A program made the translations under genes and the position numbers. Positions 22,288 to 30,855 of a stretch of DNA of 64,000 nt are shown here, piece after piece. Under the pieces are notes generated by a model. It ran no database searches, was not told the origin of the DNA, and worked only from the letters and a program-made list of their open reading frames with translations. The first letter of the stretch is position 1. Each line of letters begins with the position of its first letter. Source of the stretch: Candidatus Bathyarchaeota archaeon (GTDB taxonomy: Archaea > Thermoproteota > Bathyarchaeia > Bathyarchaeales > Bathycorpusculaceae); contig CAWDYC010000004.1 in assembly GCA_963806535.1 (NCBI GenBank), forward strand, positions 384,001 through 448,000, in the 5' to 3' direction.

Positions 22288-22507
22288 AAGCGTTCCAATC
22301 TCTTTTAAAATTAGCCTTTTTTCGGATTAGCCTTTATTTATTAATTAACTATGATCAATCCTAAAAGGCAAGCATCCTTCCCTAAAAAAATTGAGTAAAG
22401 CCTATTCATCACTACCAAGATTTTCCCCTAATAAGTCTTTTTTAGCGATCAGACGCCCATAAAAATCAGCAAAAACATAAAAACTTCTGCAGCCTAACCA
22501 TCTAGTT

Positions 22508-22867
22508 ATGGTAAAGCTTAATAAAAAAACTGTGGATGAAATCTTAAGCAACCTTGAACCAGGAAGGAAAGAAATAACTGAGAAGCTTCGTTCCATCGTC
22601 AAGAACACAATTCCAGAAGCAACTGAGATAGTTAGACGTGGAAGAATCACATATGTTTTGAATGGAAAAGACTTCTTGTCAATAAGAACTACCCAGTCTC
22701 ACGTCGACATGCTCTTTGTATGTGGAACAACATGTAACTCGCGCCTTTTGACGGGAAGAGGTTCAGAAAGCGAACAGAGTCATGTTAAAATTAAAAACAT
22801 GAGCGATTTTGATGAATCAGAACTCATTAGACTACTCAAAGAAGCGGAAAGAATAGCAAAGCGATAG
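22508..22867 (+). CDS. DUF1801/YdhG-like protein
   Basis: LRSIVKNTIPEATE...LLTGRG...HVKIK pattern. Confidence 0.7.
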   Translation: MVKLNKKTVDEILSNLEPGRKEITEKLRSIVKNTIPEATEIVRRGRITYVLNGKDFLSIRTTQSHVDMLFVCGTTCNSRLLTGRGSESEQSHVKIKNMSDFDESELIRLLKEAERIAKR

Positions 22868-23302
22868 TCAGGTTTCATGGTTGTTTGGAAAGATATAACT
22901 CGTCATGTGACAGCTCTCTTTTTTCTTTTTTGGAGGTTTTATCAGTGGGTAAACTGCCTAAATTTCAGAAAAAACTGCCTTTAGAGCGCCCAATGTGCCG
23001 CTGAAAACTGGTTTTTACGGAGTAATGAAAGAAATTATTGTGCGCTGAAGCTCTGGAAGGAAATTATAGGCGAAGGAAGAAAAAATGAAAACTAAACCGC
23101 GATTACAAATATGTCCAGAGCCTTTTCAGCCATTTTTTTCAAATTTTACCTTAAAACTTTTTTCTAATTTCATAATACTTAAGCTGTGTTATTTTTAAAT
23201 ATTTATTAACTATCAGCAAAATTTTTAAAAATTAATAGAAATAGAATGCAACTGGATTTGTTTTCTTGGCTCATCGTGTTTCGACTCAAGCAGAATGGGG
23301 TT

Positions 23303-23539
23303 CTACGAATTTTTTTCTTTATGAGACGTTCGGTTCATTCTCGACACAAAAATCATTAGCGATATGAAAACAGCGGCCATTATAAAACCTGCAATGCTCC
23401 TTTCTAAGGGACTTTGGGCTTTGTAAAACCAAATCGCAAAAAGAAATTCCGCTACCAATAACATAACAGCAAGAAGTGAGTAAGGTCCTGATATTTTGGC
23501 AGGATTAATTCTATTTCTTGCATACCTGATTTCTTTCAA
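23303..23539 (-). CDS. Small 2-TM hypothetical protein
   Basis: Two hydrophobic helices; AAGGTGA RBS-like sequence upstream. Confidence 0.6.
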   Translation of the reverse strand: MKEIRYARNRINPAKISGPYSLLAVMLLVAEFLFAIWFYKAQSPLERSIAGFIMAAVFISLMIFVSRMNRTSHKEKNS

Positions 23540-23848
23540 TCCATCTCACCTTATGAAAAACAGGCAACAAATGTTCTTATTATGTTAACTGAGAGCAAAA
23601 CTGCCTTTTTGATTCGAGGCAAAATTTTTCGGTATGCAAAAACTCCTTGGGTAAAATTTTCACGAAGACCCTATTTATGCAAAATTATGGTCTTCATGGA
23701 ACGGAGGGTGCATTGAAGGGGAATTTTGATATGTTTTAGCGGGGCAATTTTGTGGTGCCGAAACTAATCATCGAGAGCATCTTTCTTATTTTTTCTCGAA
23801 AAAATAGTGGGGTGATTCTATTGCGGCGGGCGGGAGAATCTGCTGAAA

Positions 23849-24058
23849 TCAGGGTTGTTTGTTTTCTGATAATAATATGCTTAGATTTTGATCTTTTCTG
23901 ACAATTTGAATTGATAGTTGCTTGTCTCGGAGAGGTTTTAGAATGTCGTGGTATTCTCTGGGGAAAACAAGCGTTATGCGATCGTACACGTAGATTCTTC
24001 TGCCGTTTTTATACCGTCTTTTTGATTTGTCAAACCGGAGTTTCATGTAAATTTTCAC
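23849..24058 (-). CDS. Small basic hypothetical protein (possible AbrB-like swapped-hairpin fold)
   Basis: KRRYKNGRRIYVYDRITLVFPREY...LSIQIV beta-alpha-beta pattern. Confidence 0.55.
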   Translation of the reverse strand: MKIYMKLRFDKSKRRYKNGRRIYVYDRITLVFPREYHDILKPLRDKQLSIQIVRKDQNLSILLSENKQP

Positions 24059-24367
24059 CGAGCATTAACAGTTAGTTCTTGATCTGTCCGCGGTCATAAC
24101 CCAAAGGACTTGCGTTTATTCTCAAAACCCCTTAAAAGAAAATCGTCAAAACGGCGACTATACACAGTAGAGAGGGTAGAGTGAAAATGAAACGCTACCC
24201 GAAAGCTCATAAACTGTTTCTAAAAGAAGTTTTTTTTGCTATATAAAATTAACAATTCCTTTGTAAATCTAAAATAATAGCTAACTTTTGAAGAGTCTGT
24301 GTAATGATTATAACATAAGTTTAGCAGTACATAATACTTAAAATCCTTGAACTAGAAAATCTAAGCC

Positions 24368-27300
24368 ATGCATAAAGGACGTAATTGCCAGGAAGACAAA
24401 CCTCAAATAATTGAAGCAACTTCAAATTTTTTAGTTGATTCTGCAGGTCTTGGCAAAAAGGATCGTCTGCACATTTTACATGTCGATGATGATCTTTGCT
24501 TTCTGGAAGTTTCAAAACAAATACTTACGACAGAGAATAATTTGGAAATTTATAACGCCACATCTGTCAATGAAGCCTTGAAGAAAATGGAAAAGCAGAC
24601 TTACGATGCGATTGTTTCGGACTATGAAATGCCTCTGAGGACTGGATTAGACTTTTTGAAAGAACTAAGAGACCAGCAGCGTGATATTCCATTTATCTTG
24701 TTTACTGGAAAAGGCAGGGAAGATGTTGCAGTTAAAGCCTTGAATTTGGGTGCTGACCGGTACGTGAACAAAAACGGTTCTCCAGAAACAATCTACTGCG
24801 AATTAGCCGATGCAATAATCAAAACCGTAGAGCGCAAGAAATCAAAACAGTTGCTTGTTTCTTCAGAGTCAAAGTATCGTACGCTGGTGGAGAATTCGCT
24901 TCAAGGTATACTAGTTACGACAGCATCTCCTCTCAGGTGTGTTTTTGCTAATGGTGCCATGGGAAAAATCTTGGGCTATTCTCCTAAAGAGTTAATGTCA
25001 CTTTCGCCCCAAGGAATATCGAGCTTGGTTTACGAGGCGGATAAGGCTGTTTTCTTTGATCGCTTGGAAAAACGTTTTCGGGGTGAACCGGCAGAGTCTT
25101 CTTTGGAGTTTCGTGCAGTGCGCAAGGACGGCTCGATAACTTGGGTAAGTGGCTTCTCGAACCAAGTGGATTATGACGGACAGCCGGCTGTGCAAGGAAT
25201 GTTCTTGGATGTTAATGAAAACAAGAAAACTGGAGAGATTATTCTTGAAAGCGAGAAGAGGTACAGGGAATTGGCAGATTCTTTGCCTAACATTGTTTTT
25301 GAGACTGACATAAATGGGCAAATTGTATTTGCAAATAGAATTGCAGTTGAAATTGGCGGATATTCCCAGAATGAGCTTAAAAAAGGTATACATTTTGTTC
25401 AATTTCTTTCCCACGAAGACAGAGAAATGGCAATAAATAAATTCAAACAATTACTATCGGGAGAGCCCCGCATTAATGTTGAGTTCACGTTTGTTCAAAG
25501 AAATGCCGTTACTTTTCCTGCCCTCATCATTGCAGCGCCTATTACTTGTCAAAGCAAAGTGACTGGGATAAGAGGACTGATTATAGATATTTCTGAGCGA
25601 AAGAAAGCCGAAGAGGCAATTAAACTTTCAGAAGAAAAGTATCGCGGTCTTTTTGAAAATGCATCTGATGTTATCCTAACGGGAGATTTATCTGGAAAAG
25701 TAACCTCGATAAACACCGCTATTAAAAAATATGGTTTTATAAAAGAACAAGTTGTTGGGAGAAATGTGCGTGAGTTTCTCTCAATTAAAGATGTCGCACG
25801 TCAGGACCAAATCTTTCAAAAGGTAAGCTCGGGAAATTCGGTTTCTGGAGAAGTTGAAGCATCATTTGTTCTTGGAAAAAGGATTTTTGAAGTTAAGACT
25901 GACCCGTTAAAGATCGGCGATGAGGTTGTGGGTTTCCAAACGATTCTAAGAGATGCAACTGAACGAAAGGAGGCGGAAGAAAAAATAAGAGAATCGGAAG
26001 AAAAATACAGAGATATTTTCGAGAACGCACGGGACGCTATTTACGTTCATGACCTGAAAGGAAGAATAGTCTCTATAAACAAAGTTGTTGAAGAATACGG
26101 CTTTACACGAGACCAACTTATCGGAAAGAACATGCTAAACTTTGTCCCCAAGAAATACTGGCCAAAACTAATTGCGAATCTTTCTGAGTTAGCTCAAGGA
26201 AAGCAGGTCGAAGGTGAAATCTACGTAAATACCCCTATCGGAAAAAGAATTGCAGAGTACCGAAGCAACCCAGTAATACGAGGCGATAAAGTCATTGGCG
26301 TTCACAGTGTTCTGCGAGATACCACAGAAAGGAAGAAAATTGAAGGTGCTTTGATTGAAAGTCAACAGAAATTCAAAGCATTGTTTTCTGCGAATCCTGA
26401 GGCTGCGGCGTTTCTAGATACCAATTTTCGCGTGGTTGAGGCCAATTCTCGGTTCAGTGTGCTTTTTGGGTATTCCTTTTATGAAATTAAAGGTAAAACT
26501 ATCGATCTCATTGTGCCTGATGAAGCAACAGAAGAGTCCCAAAGCATTCGTCATAAAATCATTCTTGGACCAGTTGAAGTTGTTGCTCTTCGAAAGAAAA
26601 AAGATGGTTCTCAATTCCCGTTATTCCTGTCAGGGGGGCCAGTTGTAGTTGATGGAAAAACAATCGGCTGCATAGTGGTTTATAAAGACATCTCTAGCAT
26701 TGTCACAGCTCAGGAAGAACTGAGTAGCGCGTTAGCGAAGGCTGAGGCGCTCAATGAAAAGTTAAACGTTGTAGGCGGCTTTACTAGGCATGACGTGCGA
26801 AATAAATTGCAAGCGATTAATGGGAACTTATACCTAGCAGAGAAATACGTCGGGGAAAACCCACAGGTGAAAAAGTGTTTAGATCAAATTAAAACAGCCG
26901 TGAGTAACACCGCTCGCTTACTTGACTTTGCAAAGGACTACGAAATGTTAGGAAGCCAAGAGCGGGTAACCCTTGATGTGGGAAAAGCAGTCAATGACGC
27001 TGCATCCTTATTTGCGGATTTGAAAGGCATAGAAATTGTAAATGAATGCGGCGGATACAAGGTATTGGCTGATTCCATGCTTACTACAATTTTCCACAAC
27101 CTGATTGACAACTCGTTGAAGTATGGTCAAAAACTTACGCAAATAAAAATAAGCATTCACCAGAACCAAAAGAAATCAGAAAGCATTGTCTATGAAGATG
27201 ATGGAGTAGGAATTGACGCAGAGAGAAAGAAGCAGCTTTTCACAAGAGGTTTTGGAATGGGAACAGGTTTAGGTTTGTACCTTATCAAGCGAACCTGCGA

Positions 27301-27391
27301 CATTTACGGGTGGACCATACAAGAAGAAGGCAAACCAGGGAAAGGAGCACAATTTGTATTTACATTGCCAACAAAACAAGACGAAGAATGA
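24368..27391 (+). CDS. Hybrid sensor histidine kinase REC-(PAS)x5-HisKA-HATPase
   Basis: LHVDDD receiver; five PAS units; TRHDVRNKL H-box; NLIDNSLKYG, DDGVGI, GTGLGL. Confidence 0.95.
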   Translation: MHKGRNCQEDKPQIIEATSNFLVDSAGLGKKDRLHILHVDDDLCFLEVSKQILTTENNLEIYNATSVNEALKKMEKQTYDAIVSDYEMPLRTGLDFLKELRDQQRDIPFILFTGKGREDVAVKALNLGADRYVNKNGSPETIYCELADAIIKTVERKKSKQLLVSSESKYRTLVENSLQGILVTTASPLRCVFANGAMGKILGYSPKELMSLSPQGISSLVYEADKAVFFDRLEKRFRGEPAESSLEFRAVRKDGSITWVSGFSNQVDYDGQPAVQGMFLDVNENKKTGEIILESEKRYRELADSLPNIVFETDINGQIVFANRIAVEIGGYSQNELKKGIHFVQFLSHEDREMAINKFKQLLSGEPRINVEFTFVQRNAVTFPALIIAAPITCQSKVTGIRGLIIDISERKKAEEAIKLSEEKYRGLFENASDVILTGDLSGKVTSINTAIKKYGFIKEQVVGRNVREFLSIKDVARQDQIFQKVSSGNSVSGEVEASFVLGKRIFEVKTDPLKIGDEVVGFQTILRDATERKEAEEKIRESEEKYRDIFENARDAIYVHDLKGRIVSINKVVEEYGFTRDQLIGKNMLNFVPKKYWPKLIANLSELAQGKQVEGEIYVNTPIGKRIAEYRSNPVIRGDKVIGVHSVLRDTTERKKIEGALIESQQKFKALFSANPEAAAFLDTNFRVVEANSRFSVLFGYSFYEIKGKTIDLIVPDEATEESQSIRHKIILGPVEVVALRKKKDGSQFPLFLSGGPVVVDGKTIGCIVVYKDISSIVTAQEELSSALAKAEALNEKLNVVGGFTRHDVRNKLQAINGNLYLAEKYVGENPQVKKCLDQIKTAVSNTARLLDFAKDYEMLGSQERVTLDVGKAVNDAASLFADLKGIEIVNECGGYKVLADSMLTTIFHNLIDNSLKYGQKLTQIKISIHQNQKKSESIVYEDDGVGIDAERKKQLFTRGFGMGTGLGLYLIKRTCDIYGWTIQEEGKPGKGAQFVFTLPTKQDEE

Positions 27392-27420
27392 GGAGTAATT
27401 GCTCGAAAGATGGTTTCAGT

Positions 27421-28593
27421 CTAGTGTTTCGCGTAGTAGTCTGCTACAGCCCAGAAAGATTCCTTTGGCTCCCATGTCATGTCGGAATATGTTTCTCCGT
27501 GCTCACCGAGCTTACCCGTAAATTTGGCTAACGTTTCGGGAGCTAGATTTACACCCACGAATTCCTTTCCCTGTCTTGCGCTCTGAGATATTATCTTTTC
27601 AAACGTGTCCTTCTCCGGGTAGCTTTTTACCAAGCCATAGCTGCCCATGTCCATGTCGAATCTGGGGTCTTCGTTATAGGTTGAAGTTGGAGAGACAAAT
27701 GTGAAAACGAAAGCACCCTCAACGCCTGCAGTATCCAGTATAGTGAGTTGTTCAATAATTTCCCGTGCCTGCAAACTCTCGTCTCGAACATAATGACCAT
27801 TAACCTTCGGGATAATCTTAACCATGTCACTAAGTGCCTTGGGCAGATCTACGCTTGAGCCGAGATAATCAGCCATCATACCAAACACAATAATGAAACC
27901 GTTCCCACCAAGCTTCTCTGCTCCTTGATAGGTGCAACAACCGAATTCCCCAATCATGACAGGTTTGTTGTACACATGGTATTTGCTGACCAATTTATCG
28001 TACAAATCTTTGATTCGAGCATCTCGATAGAGGTCAACGCCAACAAAGTCAAAAGGTGTCCAGTTGACCGTTTCAAGCGGAACTGAAAAGTATGTAAGTG
28101 GACCATGAAATACCTCTCTGACTGCTTTGTTTGCTTTTGTTAGGAATGCGTTAAGTGGCTCGTTGTGCTTGCCAGATTTGATGGTTTCCCAGAACGCGGG
28201 ATTGTTCATCCGCTCAAAGAAATTAGCGCCTTCAACTATATCCTGCATAAATAGCGTTAACTCTGAACCAAGGCTGAACACAAGCTTTCCAGGCCATCGC
28301 TGTCTCAAGCTTTCTGCAGCTATAGCGGCTTTTGTGATATATTGAAGCGTTTCTTCTTGGCTTCTGTCCCACATCTCTGGTGAGAACCACACTTCCAATC
28401 CCTGAGTAAGTGCGTCTTGGCTAGCAATTATTAGCCTTTCAATGTCGAGACCGCAAATTCTCACGGCATTACAATGTAAGTCATTTCTGATTATTTCAAG
28501 TTCTCGATGCACAACTTTGGGATCGAATTTAGGTCGCCATTCACTTCCCATCATCACGCGCCCAACATCGTAACAAACGCCTTTTAGATTCAT
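27421..28593 (-). CDS. Clan GH-A-like TIM-barrel protein (family often annotated as abortive infection protein)
   Basis: KGVCYDVG, DLHCNAVRI, GSEL, VDLY, IGEFGCCTY. Confidence 0.7.
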   Translation of the reverse strand: MNLKGVCYDVGRVMMGSEWRPKFDPKVVHRELEIIRNDLHCNAVRICGLDIERLIIASQDALTQGLEVWFSPEMWDRSQEETLQYITKAAIAAESLRQRWPGKLVFSLGSELTLFMQDIVEGANFFERMNNPAFWETIKSGKHNEPLNAFLTKANKAVREVFHGPLTYFSVPLETVNWTPFDFVGVDLYRDARIKDLYDKLVSKYHVYNKPVMIGEFGCCTYQGAEKLGGNGFIIVFGMMADYLGSSVDLPKALSDMVKIIPKVNGHYVRDESLQAREIIEQLTILDTAGVEGAFVFTFVSPTSTYNEDPRFDMDMGSYGLVKSYPEKDTFEKIISQSARQGKEFVGVNLAPETLAKFTGKLGEHGETYSDMTWEPKESFWAVADYYAKH

Positions 28594-29211
28594 TTAACTC
28601 ACTCCCTGGGTGTCTGGTTTGAGCATCCGCAGGATAATTTTTGTATCAGGAAAATGCTTTTTGTAATCTGCTGGGTCAAGCATAGATGCTCTTTTCATCA
28701 AGCCATCAAAACAGGCTAAGAGAGCAACCATCAACTGGTCAGGGTCATCCTTTGCAATCTCACCAGTAGCCTGCCCTTCAACGATTAGCTTCCGAATAAT
28801 ATCTTGAATAACCTTACCATTTCTCAGAACAAACTGCTTAAGATCATGCGGCGTTGAGTCGTCGGTCAAAACCTGATGCATTAACTGTGAATATCCAGGG
28901 TTTTCGCGTCTGTCTTCTAAAATGTATGAAATTAAAAGCGTTAGACGCATTCCGGGTGTACCTTGGATTTGCTCTATGCGAGCTGCTGGTCCGCTCCCTG
29001 ACTCTGTTACCTGTTTTATCAGGATAGAAAAGATTTCCTCTTTACTGGCGAAATAGTGGTATGCTAATCCTTGGCTAATTCCTGCCTCGGCTGCTATTTC
29101 AGCCATTGTCGCAGCTCGACCTTTTGTTGCAAAGACCGTTCTGGCCGCCTCTAAGATTTTCTTGGTTGTTTCTTTTCTAATTTGTTCGTTCTTTTGTTCG
29201 CTTTTTGGCAT
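28594..29211 (-). CDS. TetR/AcrR-family regulator
   Basis: KILEAARTVFATKG...TMAEIAAEAGISQGLAYHYFASKEEI; ATG 29211 preferred. Confidence 0.93.
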   Translation of the reverse strand: MPKSEQKNEQIRKETTKKILEAARTVFATKGRAATMAEIAAEAGISQGLAYHYFASKEEIFSILIKQVTESGSGPAARIEQIQGTPGMRLTLLISYILEDRRENPGYSQLMHQVLTDDSTPHDLKQFVLRNGKVIQDIIRKLIVEGQATGEIAKDDPDQLMVALLACFDGLMKRASMLDPADYKKHFPDTKIILRMLKPDTQGVS

Positions 29212-29232
29212 TTCAAAGTGCCCCTTTTGTAT

Positions 29233-29251
29233 ATTGAATAAACTATTCAAT
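29233..29251. promoter_or_regulatory. Candidate TetR operator
   Basis: Perfect inverted repeat ATTGAATA-AAC-TATTCAAT ~20 bp upstream of tetR. Confidence 0.7.
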
Positions 29252-29304
29252 CAACTAATAAATATTCTCCAATAGGCACTCTTCTTGCGTCCCTAAACGA
29301 TCAA

Positions 29305-29483
29305 GTTATTGACGGTTTTTGTACAGCTTTTTTCTTTGTGTTTTAAGTTGCTTTCTTGGTTTAGGCTTTGTTTTGTTTGCAGGTTGCGTCTTTAAATGTA
29401 GGAAAATGTAGGGATCTGTAAGAATCTGTAAAAAAATGTAAGAAAAAGGCAGAAATAAGTTGGCGTAAACTTTCAAGAAGTGA
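29305..29483 (+). repeat. Dispersed phased-decamer element, copy B
   Basis: GTTATTGACGGTTTTTG...TTGCAGGTTGCGTC (29377-29390), five TGTA decamers, linker GCGTAAACTTTCAAGAAGTGA. Confidence 0.85.
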
Positions 29484-29503
29484 CGCTTAGCGTTTCTACT
29501 GCA

Positions 29504-29660
29504 TTTTCTTACGCAAATTTGTTCTTTGTGTTTCAGTTTGTATTCTTGGTTTAGGGTTTGGGTTAGTTGCAGGACGCGTCACTATAAGTCACTATAAGTC
29601 ATAGGAAGTCACCAAAAGTCACTACGCGTCATAAAAAGTCACAGAAAGTCACAAAAAGAC
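29504..29660 (+). repeat. Dispersed phased-decamer element, copy C
   Basis: TTGCAGGACGCGTC (29567-29580) followed by ~8 decamers of the ACTATAAGTC type. Confidence 0.85.
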
Positions 29661-29708
29661 CCTCCCCAGCTCTTAAGTCTTGAAAATCTTCACTGTGCCT
29701 TACAAGAA

Positions 29709-29900
29709 TTATTTTGAATCTCGGTCAGATTCGCCCCAATACAAATCCTGCAGCTCAACAGTGCTAAGCTGCTTATCTGCGTCCACTTTAAGTTCCGTTC
29801 CGCAGTTAGGGCACTGAATGGTTTCGCCAGGCTGAGCATACAGCAAAAAATCTGGTTTATTAGAAAAATCAAACCCACACTCAGGACACTTCTCACCCAT
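29709..29900 (-). CDS. LysW/ArgW-like zinc-ribbon protein with C-terminal extension
   Basis: CPECG...GETIQCPNCGTELKV...DLYWGE then SDRDSK; GAGGGGT RBS. Confidence 0.7.
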   Translation of the reverse strand: MGEKCPECGFDFSNKPDFLLYAQPGETIQCPNCGTELKVDADKQLSTVELQDLYWGESDRDSK

Positions 29901-29995
29901 GCACTACCCCTCGAAATCCAATTAAGACCACATATGCAACAAACACAAATCACTTTAATTCAATAAATAATTTTGCCCATCATCGGTGAGACACG

Positions 29996-30155
29996 AGTTT
30001 TGTTTTTTATGCAATTTGTCCTTTGCGTTTTGGACTGCTTTTTTGGTTCAGGGTTTGTTGCGTTTGCAGGTTGCGTCTTTATCTGCAAGAAAACGCAAAT
30101 AAACGCAAGAATCTGCAAAAAAACGCAAGAAAAAGCGTTCACTCTCAAGAAGTGA
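29996..30155 (+). repeat. Dispersed phased-decamer element, copy D
   Basis: TTGCAGGTTGCGTC (30064-30077), six (T/C/A)GC(A/G) decamers, linker GCGTTCACTCTCAAGAAGTGA. Confidence 0.85.
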
Positions 30156-30157
30156 AA

Positions 30158-30181
30158 GGTGGGGCTGGCAGGATTTGAACC
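30158..30181 (-). mobile_element. tRNA 3'-end fragment (T-loop + acceptor strand), att-core-like
   Basis: Minus strand GGTTCAAATCCTGC-CAGCCCC-A-CC; the 5' side of the T-stem and all upstream tRNA sequence are missing; acceptor fits a tRNA starting GGGGCTG (Pro-like). Confidence 0.65.
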
Positions 30182-30289
30182 AAGAACCGCGCCAAGCCGA
30201 CTCAAGCGTTTTCTTGAGGCATGCTTGTCTGTTTTTTCTTCTTTTGATCAAGTACTCAGCCAAGAGTTGTTTAAAAGAAAGGTGAAGGT

Positions 30290-30547
30290 TTAAGGAATGA
30301 ATCCTCTCATGCAAGGTACATATCCGTAGTTTGCTGGCGTACCTTGATATGCTGATGTTCCAGTTCCAGAGTATCTTGTTCCTCCGAATCCAAAGCATCT
30401 ACCCATCCATCCGAAGACACCATTGTTTGAGGCTGCATTTGTTGTTCCATTTGGGTTTGAAGTAACGATTTGTGCTGAAACTAATCCAACCACGGTTATT
30501 GCTAATACTCCGACTATGACCAATGCGACTATTAGTTTGGTGTTCAT
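30290..30547 (-). CDS. Small secreted/membrane-anchored Gly-rich protein
   Basis: ATG 30547 after GAGGTGA RBS; N-terminal signal/TM; GWMGRCFG...YGYVPCM. Confidence 0.65.
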   Translation of the reverse strand: MNTKLIVALVIVGVLAITVVGLVSAQIVTSNPNGTTNAASNNGVFGWMGRCFGFGGTRYSGTGTSAYQGTPANYGYVPCMRGFIP

Positions 30548-30767
30548 GTTCTTTTTCACCTCAATACATATTATGGTATTCGAATCATTTGATAGTTGGC
30601 TGAAACAATTATGAAACAGTTTTTTGAAACGTTTTTTCCATTGAAAAAAGGGAATGACTCTGAAAGTTAGCCAAGGATTTTTTTGTAGCATGAGTGGAAC
30701 AGAAATATTAGTTTAACTAAACCTCATACCATACCCATAAACGTCAAGGAATCACTCAGTTAAGAAA

Positions 30768-30797
30768 TCTTGACTAAGAATAGGTGTTTAGTCAAGA
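30768..30797. promoter_or_regulatory. Perfect 10-bp inverted repeat, candidate operator
   Basis: TCTTGACTAA-N10-TTAGTCAAGA between divergent genes. Confidence 0.55.
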
Positions 30798-30855
30798 ACC
30801 TTTTACGAGAACCCTTTTATCGAGACAACACGCTTGTTTCAATAGAGTTGTAGCT

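Noticed and set aside
29581-29660. Decamer tandem repeats as CRISPR or simple microsatellite
   Set aside because: No unique spacers; units are degenerate and always follow the same core, so they were treated as part of the dispersed element.
29960-30205. ORF with TQPAN...KTQRT as a repeated protein family
   Set aside because: The minus-strand frame through the element looks open because it is A-rich, but starts, stops and frame at the ends differ between copies.
30158-30230. Complete tRNA gene
   Set aside because: No D-arm, anticodon arm or 5' acceptor strand, and the T-stem pairs only 2 bp.
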